Shown here in pieces: positions 1 through 9,463 of a DNA stretch of 32,000 bases (its first letter is position 1; every line of letters begins with the position of its first letter). Origin of the DNA: Aliivibrio fischeri ES114 (GTDB taxonomy: Bacteria > Pseudomonadota > Gammaproteobacteria > Enterobacterales > Vibrionaceae); NCBI RefSeq assembly GCF_000011805.1, contig NC_006841.2. One strand, written 5' to 3'. The notes beneath the pieces were generated by a model. The model searched no databases. It was not told the DNA's origin and saw only the letters and a program-made list of their open reading frames with translations. Position numbers and translations under genes: made by a program.

Positions 1-2
1 GC

Positions 3-134
3 TACGACAAATGGATGTATGACCGTTCGTACGTACTTGCATTAGCGAAGCGCGAAGCAGCCAAAATCTACAAATCTTTTGAAAAATTCCCGCCTCGTAT
101 GAAAGCCGGTAGTTTTGTACCAAAAGAAGATTAA
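3..134 (+). CDS. 3' end of a sulfatase-like gene (5' part lies outside the window)
   Basis: Frame is open from the window edge to TAA 132-134 and encodes ...YDKWMYDRSYVLALAKREAAKIYKSFEKFPPRMKAGSFVPKED*. The sulfatase call rests mainly on the adjacent sulfatase-maturase gene (typical pairing), not on a catalytic motif, which would lie upstream of the window. Confidence 0.4.
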   Translation, partial: YDKWMYDRSYVLALAKREAAKIYKSFEKFPPRMKAGSFVPKED

Positions 135-154
135 TCCACTCTAATTAACAATTC

Positions 155-183
155 ATAGTGGCTCCAAATAGAGCCACTATTTT
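155..183 (+). terminator. Hairpin after the sulfatase-like gene (candidate intrinsic terminator or mRNA-stabilising stem)
   Basis: ATAGTGGCTC (155-164) pairs perfectly with GAGCCACTAT (171-180), with a 6-nt loop, followed by TTT. The stem contains the GTG (158) that the ORF track uses as the start of the next gene. Confidence 0.45.
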
Positions 184-199
184 AAAAATAAGTGATCTT

Positions 200-1495
200 A
201 TGCCACACAACTCAGTCAAACATTCAACACGTTTAGATGTTATCCCACTAAAAACTGCAGAAAAGCACCCCAACTCCCAACGTCGTTTTCATGTTATGTC
301 TAAACCTGGCGGTTCAAAATGTAATCTTGATTGCCAATATTGTTTTTATCTTCACAAAGACGAATTACTCCATCAACCAAAGCAACCAATGATGGATGAC
401 ACCACGTTAGAAGCCTTCATTAAAAGCTATATTGAGAGTCAAGATGGTCATGAAATTGTCTTTTCTTGGCAAGGAGGAGAACCCACTCTGCTGGGTTTAG
501 ACTACTTCAAAAAAATCGTTCAGTTACAAAATAAATACCGTCCAAGCGGAGTGAAAATCGAAAACGATTTGCAAACTAACGGTATTTTACTAAATGACGA
601 ATGGTGCCAATTTTTAAAAGACAATGGATTTCTTGTTGGCCTATCAATTGATGGCCCTAAAGAATTACATGATAAGTACCGTGTAACTCGAAGCGGAAAA
701 CCGACTTTTAACCTGGTTATGGCAGCCGCAAAACGCTTACAAGAACACCATGTACCTTTTAATTCCCTTGTTGTGGTAAACCGCCACAACGCTAAACATC
801 CACTAGATGTTTATCGATTCTTAACGAAAGAGCTCGGTGCAACCTATATCCAGTTTACCCCTTGCGTTGAGGCAAAGGACTTTACCACCACAGCTCCTCA
901 ATTTTGGAATGAAACCATGATACCAAACAAAGGGAGTGAATTGGCAAAACCGGGACACCCCATGTCTATTGTTACTGATTGGTCGGTTGACCCTGATGAT
1001 TGGGGGAACTTCTTAAATACAGTATTTGTTGAATGGGTAAATAACGACTTAGGGCGTGTATTGGTGAACCTATTTGAAACAGCAGTAGCTCAAGTGATGG
1101 GGAAAGAATCTCAATTATGTGTGACTGCTGAGTTCTGCGGTAAAGGTCTAGCAATGGAACACAATGGTGATGTATTCAGCTGTGATCACTACGTCTATCC
1201 AGAATATAAACTCGGAAATATTCACGACCGGGGTTTAAACGAATTTGCTTTTTCTATTCGCCAACATGGTTTCGGAATGGCAAAGCGAGACAGCCTTCCC
1301 TCTTACTGTAAATCATGCCCACATTTAAAATTATGTTGGGGAGAATGCCCTAAAAATAGATTAATTAATACTCCAAATGGTGAACCAGGATTGAATTACC
1401 TCTGCAGTGGTATTCGTGCCTTTTTTGATGAAAGCCTTCCCATGCTTACAGGGTTATCTGTATTGCTACAGCGACAAGAAAACACACAAAAATAA
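200..1495 (+). CDS. Anaerobic sulfatase-maturating enzyme (radical SAM / SPASM family)
   Basis: Has the CNLDCQYC radical-SAM CxxxCxxC motif preceded by FHVMSKPGGS, as in AslB/AtsB-type maturases. C-terminal Cys clusters (CDHYVYP, CKSCPHLKLCWGECP) fit a SPASM domain. I prefer ATG 200 over GTG 158 because 158 lies inside the upstream hairpin; the start remains uncertain. Confidence 0.85.
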   Translation: MPHNSVKHSTRLDVIPLKTAEKHPNSQRRFHVMSKPGGSKCNLDCQYCFYLHKDELLHQPKQPMMDDTTLEAFIKSYIESQDGHEIVFSWQGGEPTLLGLDYFKKIVQLQNKYRPSGVKIENDLQTNGILLNDEWCQFLKDNGFLVGLSIDGPKELHDKYRVTRSGKPTFNLVMAAAKRLQEHHVPFNSLVVVNRHNAKHPLDVYRFLTKELGATYIQFTPCVEAKDFTTTAPQFWNETMIPNKGSELAKPGHPMSIVTDWSVDPDDWGNFLNTVFVEWVNNDLGRVLVNLFETAVAQVMGKESQLCVTAEFCGKGLAMEHNGDVFSCDHYVYPEYKLGNIHDRGLNEFAFSIRQHGFGMAKRDSLPSYCKSCPHLKLCWGECPKNRLINTPNGEPGLNYLCSGIRAFFDESLPMLTGLSVLLQRQENTQK

Positions 1496-1524
1496 CAATA
1501 CATTTATATTATTTTGGAGTCATT

Positions 1525-2508
1525 ATGCATAACCCTCAAACTGCCGTCACTGAATTATTCGAGCACGTAAATCGTTCAGTTATCGGTCAACCTCATGTGG
1601 TTAAATCCCTAATAATCGGATTATTAACCAATGGTCACGTTTTACTTGAAGGGCTACCAGGTACCGCAAAAACACGTTCTATTAAAGCACTAGCCGAAGC
1701 GTTGGATGTCTCTTTTGGCCGTATTCAATTTACTCCAGACCTACTTCCTTCTGATGTAACAGGAACAGAAGTATACCAAGAAATTAGTGGCAGACCTCAG
1801 CTTCATTTTCAAGCTGGTCCTATTTTCAACAGTATTGTATTAGCAGATGAAATAAACCGTGCCCCTGCAAAAGTTCAAGCCGCACTTCTCGAAGCAATGG
1901 CTGAGGGCACAATTACCATTAGTGATAGTACTCATGACTTACCAGAACTGTTTATGGTATTAGCCACTCAAAACCCAGTGGAGCAAGAAGGTACTTATCC
2001 TCTTCCTGAAGCGCAAATGGATCGCTTCATGATGAAAGTGAATGTTGATTACCCTGACGATGCTGCAGAAAAAGAAATTATTCGCTTAGTTCGTAATGAA
2101 GAAGAACAAACAAACGAGAATAAACAAAGCAAAAAAAATGTTCATATCGACCCTAATGCCATTTTAATGGGACGAAAAGAACTCGCTACTGTTCATGTTT
2201 CCGACATTGCAGAAAACTATATTGTTGCTTTGGTTATGGCTACTCGTCATCCAGAACGCTACCCCCATACACAACTAGCAAAATGGATAGAAGTAGGCTC
2301 CAGTCCTAGAGCCTCTATCGCATTAGATAAGTGTGCTCGTGCTCATGCTTGGGTAAAAAATAGAATGCATGTTCTTCCCGATGACATTCGCGCAGTGGCC
2401 CATTCTGTATTAGGGCATCGTATCAGCCTAAGTTACGACGCATTAGCCGATGGCATAACGTCAAAGGAAGTCGTACAAGTATTATTAAATAGTGTAGTTA
2501 TTGGGTGA
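1525..2508 (+). CDS. MoxR-family AAA+ ATPase
   Basis: Walker A is GLPGTAKT and Walker B is VLADEINR. Length is 327 aa, with the typical MoxR tail (SPRASIAL...HRI). GGAG RBS lies 7 nt upstream of the ATG. Confidence 0.9.
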   Translation: MHNPQTAVTELFEHVNRSVIGQPHVVKSLIIGLLTNGHVLLEGLPGTAKTRSIKALAEALDVSFGRIQFTPDLLPSDVTGTEVYQEISGRPQLHFQAGPIFNSIVLADEINRAPAKVQAALLEAMAEGTITISDSTHDLPELFMVLATQNPVEQEGTYPLPEAQMDRFMMKVNVDYPDDAAEKEIIRLVRNEEEQTNENKQSKKNVHIDPNAILMGRKELATVHVSDIAENYIVALVMATRHPERYPHTQLAKWIEVGSSPRASIALDKCARAHAWVKNRMHVLPDDIRAVAHSVLGHRISLSYDALADGITSKEVVQVLLNSVVIG

Positions 2509-2515
2509 TTTTTGT

Positions 2516-3478
2516 ATGACGCACGTATCTACCCCAAAAACAGATAAAAAAACATTAGATCCTAGGATCCATTGTGACTACGCTCGTCTTGTAAAATTGA
2601 AAACCAATATCGATGGATTCTCACTTTTTCCATATTTAAAAACAAGCCGACAATTATCAGGTCGTCATCTTTCTAAGTATCGCGGAAGAGGGTTAAATTT
2701 CGAAGAATTACGCCATTACTACCTTGGCGATGATATTCGTAATTTAGACTGGAAAGTTACACTTAGAACAGGAAAACCACACGTTAGATCTTACACCGAA
2801 GAAAAAGATCATAATGTCATTTTATGTGTCGACCAACGTTCGAACTTGTTTTTTTCTTCCGTTGATATCATGAAATCTGTTGTAGCTGCTGAATTAGCAA
2901 GTTTATGCGCATGGCGTGTAATCAAAGAAAGTGACCGTGTTGGTTTTTTCTTAATAACAAATGAAAATACTGAATGGATGCCACCAAAACGCAGCCAAAA
3001 CGATATATTGCACTATCTAAAAAAAATTACGACGGCAAATCAATCATTACAAGTAAAGACTAAAGAAAAGCATTCGATTTCATTCTCGGACTCCCTTCAT
3101 TCTCTTAATCGTCGTAATTTAAAAAACAGCGTCATCATTATATTCAGCGATTGGATAAATATATCAAAAGAAGACGTTTCATTATTAAAGCACCTACAAA
3201 AATATAATGACGTATTAAGTATATTAATCAGCGATCCAATGGATTTTTCTCTCACTACAACCCCTTCATCAAAATGGGTACTCAGTAATGGCACACATCA
3301 AATCAATTTAGAAAAACGAAAAGACATTATCAAAGCTAATTGTCACCTCGAAAAAACATACCAAAACCGTTGTGAAGCATTACGTCAATTAATGGCAATA
3401 AAGCGCTTACCTTTCATGGAGGTTTCGACCGCAGGGAATCATATATCTCAATTCACGCATTTACTGAGAGCGAAATAG
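2516..3478 (+). CDS. DUF58 protein (MoxR-associated, VWA-like fold)
   Basis: Carries the DUF58 signature region GRGLNFEELRHYYLGDDIRNLDWKVTLRTGKPHVRSYTEEKD. It follows moxR directly: ATG 2516 is 7 nt after the moxR TGA. An alternative TTG start at 2501 would overlap moxR. Confidence 0.8.
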   Translation: MTHVSTPKTDKKTLDPRIHCDYARLVKLKTNIDGFSLFPYLKTSRQLSGRHLSKYRGRGLNFEELRHYYLGDDIRNLDWKVTLRTGKPHVRSYTEEKDHNVILCVDQRSNLFFSSVDIMKSVVAAELASLCAWRVIKESDRVGFFLITNENTEWMPPKRSQNDILHYLKKITTANQSLQVKTKEKHSISFSDSLHSLNRRNLKNSVIIIFSDWINISKEDVSLLKHLQKYNDVLSILISDPMDFSLTTTPSSKWVLSNGTHQINLEKRKDIIKANCHLEKTYQNRCEALRQLMAIKRLPFMEVSTAGNHISQFTHLLRAK

Positions 3479-3480
3479 TC

Positions 3481-4011
3481 ATGACCCATACACCACCAAC
3501 AACTTATGTTTTAAAAGGGCTGTCTGATGTCCAAGTTCCAACCTCTATCTCTTGGTTTCCTCAAACTATCGGTTGGAAAATTCTATTTGTTGCCTTTACC
3601 GCATTTTCATTATTTGTAATTTACAACGCATTTAAAAAATATAAACAAAACCGCTATCGTCGCCTTGCTATAAAAGACCTTGCTTTAATAAATTGTAATT
3701 CCCCATATAAAGCGACTTGCGAACTTTTCCACATAATGAAACGTGTTGCCGTTTATTTAGAACCATCAAATGCGTCGAAATCAGGAAAAGAACTGCTTCA
3801 GTTTTTTCTAGAAACCAAAAGCGTAGATTGCGTTCATTTCCATAAAAAACTAAGCGAGCAGGCATTCCTACAAATGTGGTTACCTGAAACCAGGTTTACG
3901 CTTATTCCTGAGCAAGTTGAAGTACTACTACACCAATTCAGATACTGGTTACTTCATCACTCACTTGAGAGCTATCACAAAAAAGAGCAGAAGGTGAATA
4001 CACATGATTAA
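3481..4011 (+). CDS. DUF4381-like single-pass membrane protein
   Basis: N-terminal motif ISWFPQTIGWKILFVAFTAFSLFVIY (WxP..GW followed by a TM helix). Position between DUF58 and the VWA genes is typical for this family. ATG lies 2 nt after the preceding TAG. Confidence 0.6.
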   Translation: MTHTPPTTYVLKGLSDVQVPTSISWFPQTIGWKILFVAFTAFSLFVIYNAFKKYKQNRYRRLAIKDLALINCNSPYKATCELFHIMKRVAVYLEPSNASKSGKELLQFFLETKSVDCVHFHKKLSEQAFLQMWLPETRFTLIPEQVEVLLHQFRYWLLHHSLESYHKKEQKVNTHD

Positions 4012-5056
4012 CCTTTCTTGGTCTAGTATCGAATTTATTCATCCTATGTGGTTATGGCTACTCCCTCTACCTTTACTGGTCACTCGAATTGCCCCTTCTT
4101 ATCGAACCCAGCAATCGGCGATAAAAGTACCCTTTTTTCATATTATAGCTGAAGCATTGAATATCTCGGTATCTGATGGGGCAAGTCGTTTAACACCTAC
4201 TAAATGGCAACGGATTTTACTTTATCTCTCTTGGGGCATGATCTTAATCGCGTTAACAAAGCCAACGTTATTAGGTCCACCACAAATTCGTGAGCAATTT
4301 GGCCGTGATGTAATGGTTGTTGTAGATTTATCTGGTTCTATGGCCGAAAAAGATTTCACCTCAACTAACGGCTTAAAAATCAGTCGATTAGATGCGGTCA
4401 AAAAAGTATTGAACGATTTTGTTAAAACACGTAAAGGCGATCGCCTTGGTCTCATCTTATTTGGTGATGCTGCTTTTGTGCAAACACCATTTACAGCAGA
4501 TCACAAAGTATGGCTCGATTTACTCAATCAGACTCACGTAGAAATGGCAGGAAAAAGTACGCACCTTGGTGATGCTATTGGCCTAACAATAAAGCGCTTT
4601 GAAGACAGTAATAACTCACAACCTCTCAGCACAACCTCCCGTGAGAAAGTCGCAATTATCCTCACTGATGGCAATGATACTGACAGTTACGTACCCCCAA
4701 TGGATGCTGCAAAAGTAGCGAAAGTTAAAGGTGTACGTATACATATGATTGCTATTGGTGATCCACAAACAGTAGGAGAACAAGCCCTTGATATGGATAC
4801 TATTAATACTATTGCTGATGCATCTGGCGGTCAGGCATTTCAAGCGTTAAATCAAGATGAATTAATCAATGCTTACGCTGAAATTAGTAAATTAGAACCT
4901 CAACTTTATCAAAGTACTACCTATCGAACAAAACAAAGTATTCATCAATATCCAGTAATGCTTATGTTGCTAATCCATTTGTGCTTCTTTGGGTTTATGT
5001 CATGTAAATACGTATGGAGAAAGACGGTTAAATCCAAAGGGGAACATCATGTTTGA
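4004..5056 (+). CDS. VWA-domain membrane protein (BatA-like)
   Basis: N-terminal TM helices, MIDAS motif VVVDLSGSM, later ILTDGNDT, and a C-terminal TM helix. ATG 4004 overlaps the upstream stop at 4009-4011. Confidence 0.8.
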   Translation: MINLSWSSIEFIHPMWLWLLPLPLLVTRIAPSYRTQQSAIKVPFFHIIAEALNISVSDGASRLTPTKWQRILLYLSWGMILIALTKPTLLGPPQIREQFGRDVMVVVDLSGSMAEKDFTSTNGLKISRLDAVKKVLNDFVKTRKGDRLGLILFGDAAFVQTPFTADHKVWLDLLNQTHVEMAGKSTHLGDAIGLTIKRFEDSNNSQPLSTTSREKVAIILTDGNDTDSYVPPMDAAKVAKVKGVRIHMIAIGDPQTVGEQALDMDTINTIADASGGQAFQALNQDELINAYAEISKLEPQLYQSTTYRTKQSIHQYPVMLMLLIHLCFFGFMSCKYVWRKTVKSKGEHHV

Positions 5057-6824
5057 TTCATTAAGCACTCAATGGCCTTTACTAAAACAGATAGTTTCTC
5101 ACTTTCATTTTATTCGACCTTTGTGGTTATCATTATTGATACCATTCACTAGCGTCATATATATAAAATGGCGCCAAGAGACGAAAAACAGCGATAAAAA
5201 CCAACTTCCTAAACACTTGCAAAGTGTATTATTGATAGAAGAGAGCAGCTGGAAAAAGCAGTTGCCATTGAAACTATTATTTATCGTTATTTTCCTTAAT
5301 ATTTTGATTTGTGCTGGCCCTACTTGGCAAAAACAAGCCTCTCCTTTTGGAGAAGATAAAGCCCCTTTGCTCATCGTATTAGACACCAGTAATTCCATGC
5401 TTGAGAAAGACGTATTACCCAATCGGCTCATTCGTGCAAAACAGAAAATACAAGATTTAATTGCATTACGAGATGGCGGTAAAACAGGGCTTATTGTTTA
5501 CTCAGGCACCGCCCATATTGCTATGCCATTAACACAAGACTCTGCCGTTTTTAGCCCCTACCTTGCGGCTATTGAACCTGAAATTATGCCCGTTGAAGGT
5601 AAATCAGCATACAAAACATTACCACTGATCAAACAGCAATTTTCAGCGTTATCCCAAACTACTCCATCCTTAGGTGGAACCGTTATTTTAATCACTGATG
5701 GGGTTACAACACTGGATAACCGAGCATTTAAAGACTATTTCACTCATTCTACAAATCAGTTATTAATTCTTGCCGTTGGTGACAACAACAAAGCCAGTAA
5801 TTTTACTATTAACATGGACTCATTAAATAAACTGAGCCAATTAAGTCATGGACACATCACTCAAATAACCATAGATAATAACGATGTCACTTGGCTAAAT
5901 AACCAAATTGAACGCCATATGCAACTCAGCAATGATTCAGTTATGCCTTGGGAAGATATTGGCTATTACCTCCTGGTTCCTGTGATGTTGTTATTATTAT
6001 TATGGTTTAGACGAGGTTGGTTAGTTCAATGGTGCATAACATTAGTATTAATGGGTAGTCTCGGATTTTATTCGCCCGAAAGCATGGCTGAAATGGTTCA
6101 ATCTACAGTCGCACAAAATGAATTAAGCATAAATAACAAGCAAACCTTATGGGATAAAACCACCCAATGGTGGATGAACCTATGGTTAACACCAGATCAA
6201 CAAGGACAATGGTATTTTGATCGCAATGAGTACGATAAAGCAGCACAACATTATCAAGACCCTTTACATAAAGGTGTTGCATTTTATTATGCGGCACAAT
6301 ATCAGCAAGCCTACACGGCTTTCATGGCAGGGATCCCTGACTTACAAAGTGCACTAGAAGAAAAGCAGTCTGTAAACACTCAAAATGAATTAGAGCATCA
6401 AACAAATATTGATGTTTTATTATTTAATACTGCAACTACTCTTGCTAGACAGCGAGAGTATCTTGCCGCTCGTGACCTATTTCAAGCGATTGTAAAGCGC
6501 TCTCCATGCAATAAAGCAGCCCAACATAACCTAGCTCTAATACAAAATATTATTGATGAAATAAATCGCTTAAGTGAAAGCCAAGCAAATACGGGAGAAG
6601 TTGAGCAATCACAAGACCTCCCTGAAAATGAACCTCAAACCGCCGATGGTGCCAATGAGCAAGTCCTTGAATCTCAAATAATCAAACAGACTCTTTCAGC
6701 TGAGCAAATTTTAGCGGATGAAAAAGTTGCAGAAAAATGGTTACGCCGTGTTGAAGCTGATCCTAAATACTTTCTACAGAACAAATTTCATATGCAAACG
6801 CTTTCTGATAAAGGAAATAAATAA
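5049..6824 (+). CDS. VWA plus TPR-repeat membrane protein (BatB-like)
   Basis: MIDAS motif LIVLDTSNSM, then ILITDGVT, mid-protein TM helices, and a TPR-like C-terminal part (YYAAQYQQAYTAF, AARDLFQAIVKRSP). ATG 5049 overlaps the upstream TGA 5054-5056. The ORF-track start at 4989 would overlap the previous gene by 68 nt. Confidence 0.75.
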   Translation: MFDSLSTQWPLLKQIVSHFHFIRPLWLSLLIPFTSVIYIKWRQETKNSDKNQLPKHLQSVLLIEESSWKKQLPLKLLFIVIFLNILICAGPTWQKQASPFGEDKAPLLIVLDTSNSMLEKDVLPNRLIRAKQKIQDLIALRDGGKTGLIVYSGTAHIAMPLTQDSAVFSPYLAAIEPEIMPVEGKSAYKTLPLIKQQFSALSQTTPSLGGTVILITDGVTTLDNRAFKDYFTHSTNQLLILAVGDNNKASNFTINMDSLNKLSQLSHGHITQITIDNNDVTWLNNQIERHMQLSNDSVMPWEDIGYYLLVPVMLLLLLWFRRGWLVQWCITLVLMGSLGFYSPESMAEMVQSTVAQNELSINNKQTLWDKTTQWWMNLWLTPDQQGQWYFDRNEYDKAAQHYQDPLHKGVAFYYAAQYQQAYTAFMAGIPDLQSALEEKQSVNTQNELEHQTNIDVLLFNTATTLARQREYLAARDLFQAIVKRSPCNKAAQHNLALIQNIIDEINRLSESQANTGEVEQSQDLPENEPQTADGANEQVLESQIIKQTLSAEQILADEKVAEKWLRRVEADPKYFLQNKFHMQTLSDKGNK

Positions 6825-8065
6825 TGCGTCAAATACCTTTCTTCCTTTTGTTATTACTTAGCACTGTCTGCTTTTCTATTTATGCTAAAGAAGCAGCCCC
6901 GACGCTACAAGACCTTGCTGACAATAATGACATAACAATCACAAGTTGGCTAAATTCAAATAAAAACAAAGCCATAACTGTAGCAATTAACCAACCTGTT
7001 ATTTTAACTATTGATATTGCAACACCTCGGTGGTTCACCGATGGAACTGTAATTGAGCACATATCTATTCCAAATATCATTGCTCAACAGCGTAATTTGC
7101 AAGCCACCAATTATAGCCTAATGAATGGAGATCAAACATGGTCACACCAACGTTGGGAGATCCCACTATTTCCACAAAAATCAGGACAATTCATCATTCC
7201 ACCAATTGGTGTAAAAGTGACCGTTTCAGTAGAAACAGGAAAAAATGTTACTGGTATTTTATCAACTCAACCACACCGTTTTTCTGCACAACGTCCAACA
7301 AGTCAGATGACGAATCCTGATGAATGGATAGTTGCTCCTACTGCTTCACTCACCCAAGAATGGCAATATTCATCTTCTAATAAAAGTAAGATAAATAAAT
7401 CAAAAAACGATAAGGCATTTCAATTAAAAATCGGAGATGCAATAACACGAACCACAACTTTAGACGTTTCTGATTCTCTCGCTATGTTGCTTCCAGCAAT
7501 AATCCCCAATAAACAAATGAGTTCATTTCAGCGTTATGTTGATCCAGTCCAACTTACAGATATCAGTAACAGAGGTAACTTCACTTCAATCAAAAAAGAA
7601 TCTGAAACCTATATCTTACAAAAAGGTGGAAAAATCACCTTACCTCAAATTTCCATTCCGTTTTGGAATACCACCACACAACAACCCGAAATATTATTCT
7701 TAGAAGGGAAAACCTTTATCGTTAAACATACATTAATATCATGGCTAACGACCTACTGGTATTACATCCTATTGACTTTAATTAGTTGCCTCATTTTTAG
7801 TTTATTAACAAAGAAAATTAGGCTCTATTATCGTACACACCCTTACCCTGATTTCTATTTATTGTGTCAATCAATCTACACTCGCACATGGCCACACATT
7901 CGACTTCATATTTATAGAAAATACGTTCAGAAAACAGAGCAATTAGAGCTGAAAAAGTACAAAACTAATAATAAAAAAGAATGGGATATTCAAAGTGAAA
8001 AACTACAAATCTCTGAAATATCGAAATTTAAAGTCATATGGCTATGGTTCAAAATTAAGAAATAA
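6824..8065 (+). CDS. BatD-like (oxygen-tolerance family) membrane protein
   Basis: Signal peptide MRQIPFFLLLLLSTVCFSIYA, a long periplasmic part, one C-terminal TM helix (YWYYILLTLISCLIFSLL) and a basic tail. It is the last gene of the MoxR/VWA module. Its ATG shares one base with the upstream TAA (6822-6824). Confidence 0.6.
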   Translation: MRQIPFFLLLLLSTVCFSIYAKEAAPTLQDLADNNDITITSWLNSNKNKAITVAINQPVILTIDIATPRWFTDGTVIEHISIPNIIAQQRNLQATNYSLMNGDQTWSHQRWEIPLFPQKSGQFIIPPIGVKVTVSVETGKNVTGILSTQPHRFSAQRPTSQMTNPDEWIVAPTASLTQEWQYSSSNKSKINKSKNDKAFQLKIGDAITRTTTLDVSDSLAMLLPAIIPNKQMSSFQRYVDPVQLTDISNRGNFTSIKKESETYILQKGGKITLPQISIPFWNTTTQQPEILFLEGKTFIVKHTLISWLTTYWYYILLTLISCLIFSLLTKKIRLYYRTHPYPDFYLLCQSIYTRTWPHIRLHIYRKYVQKTEQLELKKYKTNNKKEWDIQSEKLQISEISKFKVIWLWFKIKK

Positions 8066-8287
8066 TTTAGAGAAAAATCAGGCTTTAATTCCGATTTTAC
8101 AGTAAAGATATTAAGCAAAAAAATTAAATAAAAATATTTATCAACGAAATATAAAAGCAAAAAAAACGTTGTTAAATCACCGTGTGCTATCTCTCATGAC
8201 CTAAATTTCGATCTTATTTATAACATTAATAATAGTAAGGTTTAAATGTAACTACATGTGTATTTTAATTAAAATTGAGAAAAACTC

Positions 8288-9442
8288 ATGAAAAAAATAA
8301 TAGCCAATTCTCTGATTATTGGCCTACTTAGTACCCTACTTCTAAGCGGCTGCAATAAAGAAGAAACCAAACAAGCAGTAACACCTTCACTACCTAAAGT
8401 GAAATCATTAACTCTAAATCCACAACCAATTACCCCTCATTTAGAGTTTATAGGAAGAACATCATCAGTCAGTAGTGTGGAAATCATTCCACGTGTTGGT
8501 GGTGAGTTAAAAGCGATTCATTTTAAAGATGGGGACTTTGTAAAAAAAGGAGATTTACTCTACGAAATAGATCCTAGAATTTTCCATGCAGCGGTCAACT
8601 CAGCCAAAGCCTCATTAGAAAAAGCACGTGCTACATTAAAGATGACAACGAGCAACGCAGAGCGTGCAAAACAGCTAATCAAAGATAAAAGTATTAGTGT
8701 GCAGCAATATGACACTGCCATTGCTAATTACGAATCTGCAAAAGCTGATATATCAGAAAAACAAGCGACATTAAAATCCGCTCAACTCGATTTGGAATTC
8801 TCACGTATCTATGCCCCTTTCTCCGGTCGATTAGGATTTTCTCGCTACAAAGTAGGAGAGCAAATTACAGCACTTCTTCCACCAAGTTCAACAATGAAGA
8901 ATAGCTTAGTTTCTCTAACAAAAGTGAATGTTATCAACTTTGACTTTAACGTAGATGAGAAGGTATATCGTCGCATTCGCAGTGCCATTGATGTCGTCAG
9001 AAATGAAAATAAAAAACTTAATTTAGATATTCGCTTAACACTATCTGATGGCTCTGAATACGCAAAAAATGGCAAGATCGCAGCCGTTGGCAACAAGATA
9101 GACCCATCAACAGGATCAATTCATGTCCGTGCAATTTTTGATAACACCGATTATTCATTAATGCCCGGTGAATTTGGCAAAATTAAAATCGGCTTAAAAG
9201 AGCGTACTGTTAATGGCCTATTAATACCAAAATCATCTATCCAGCAAGATCAAGCTGGTAACTATGTCATGCAACTAACTAAAAAGAATATAGTTAAACA
9301 ACAATATGTGATCCTAGGGCAAGCTTATGGAACGAATAAAGCCGTAATTTCAGGGTTAAATAGTGGTGACCGTATTGTAACGGAAGGCTTACAAAAAATC
9401 CGTCCCGGAATACAAGTTGAAGAAATCACCCCCGAAAAATAA
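8288..9442 (+). CDS. RND efflux periplasmic adaptor (membrane fusion protein), lipoprotein
   Basis: Lipobox LLLSGC, and HlyD/AcrA-type layout with a coiled-coil hairpin (ANYESAKADISEKQATLKSAQLDLEFSRIYAPFSGR). Lies directly upstream of the RND pump. Confidence 0.9.
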   Translation: MKKIIANSLIIGLLSTLLLSGCNKEETKQAVTPSLPKVKSLTLNPQPITPHLEFIGRTSSVSSVEIIPRVGGELKAIHFKDGDFVKKGDLLYEIDPRIFHAAVNSAKASLEKARATLKMTTSNAERAKQLIKDKSISVQQYDTAIANYESAKADISEKQATLKSAQLDLEFSRIYAPFSGRLGFSRYKVGEQITALLPPSSTMKNSLVSLTKVNVINFDFNVDEKVYRRIRSAIDVVRNENKKLNLDIRLTLSDGSEYAKNGKIAAVGNKIDPSTGSIHVRAIFDNTDYSLMPGEFGKIKIGLKERTVNGLLIPKSSIQQDQAGNYVMQLTKKNIVKQQYVILGQAYGTNKAVISGLNSGDRIVTEGLQKIRPGIQVEEITPEK

Positions 9443-9463
9443 TGCACAATTAGGACAGACATA

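Noticed and set aside
1458-1471. CTGTA-N4-TACAG inverted repeat at the 3' end of the anSME gene, and TCTGTA-AA-TACAGA (21843-21856) 17 nt upstream of the dCMP deaminase ATG, considered as extra lux boxes or SOS boxes.
   Set aside because: The half-site spacing is wrong for both LuxR (CTGTA-N6-TACAG) and LexA (CTGT-N8-ACAG). With many spacings allowed, a few such 5-6 bp inverted repeats are expected by chance in 32 kb.
8074-8098. Weak stem AAAATC(A)GG / CCGATTTT after the BatD-like gene, as an operon terminator.
   Set aside because: Bulged, only two or three G:C pairs, and no clean U-tract. Too weak to annotate.
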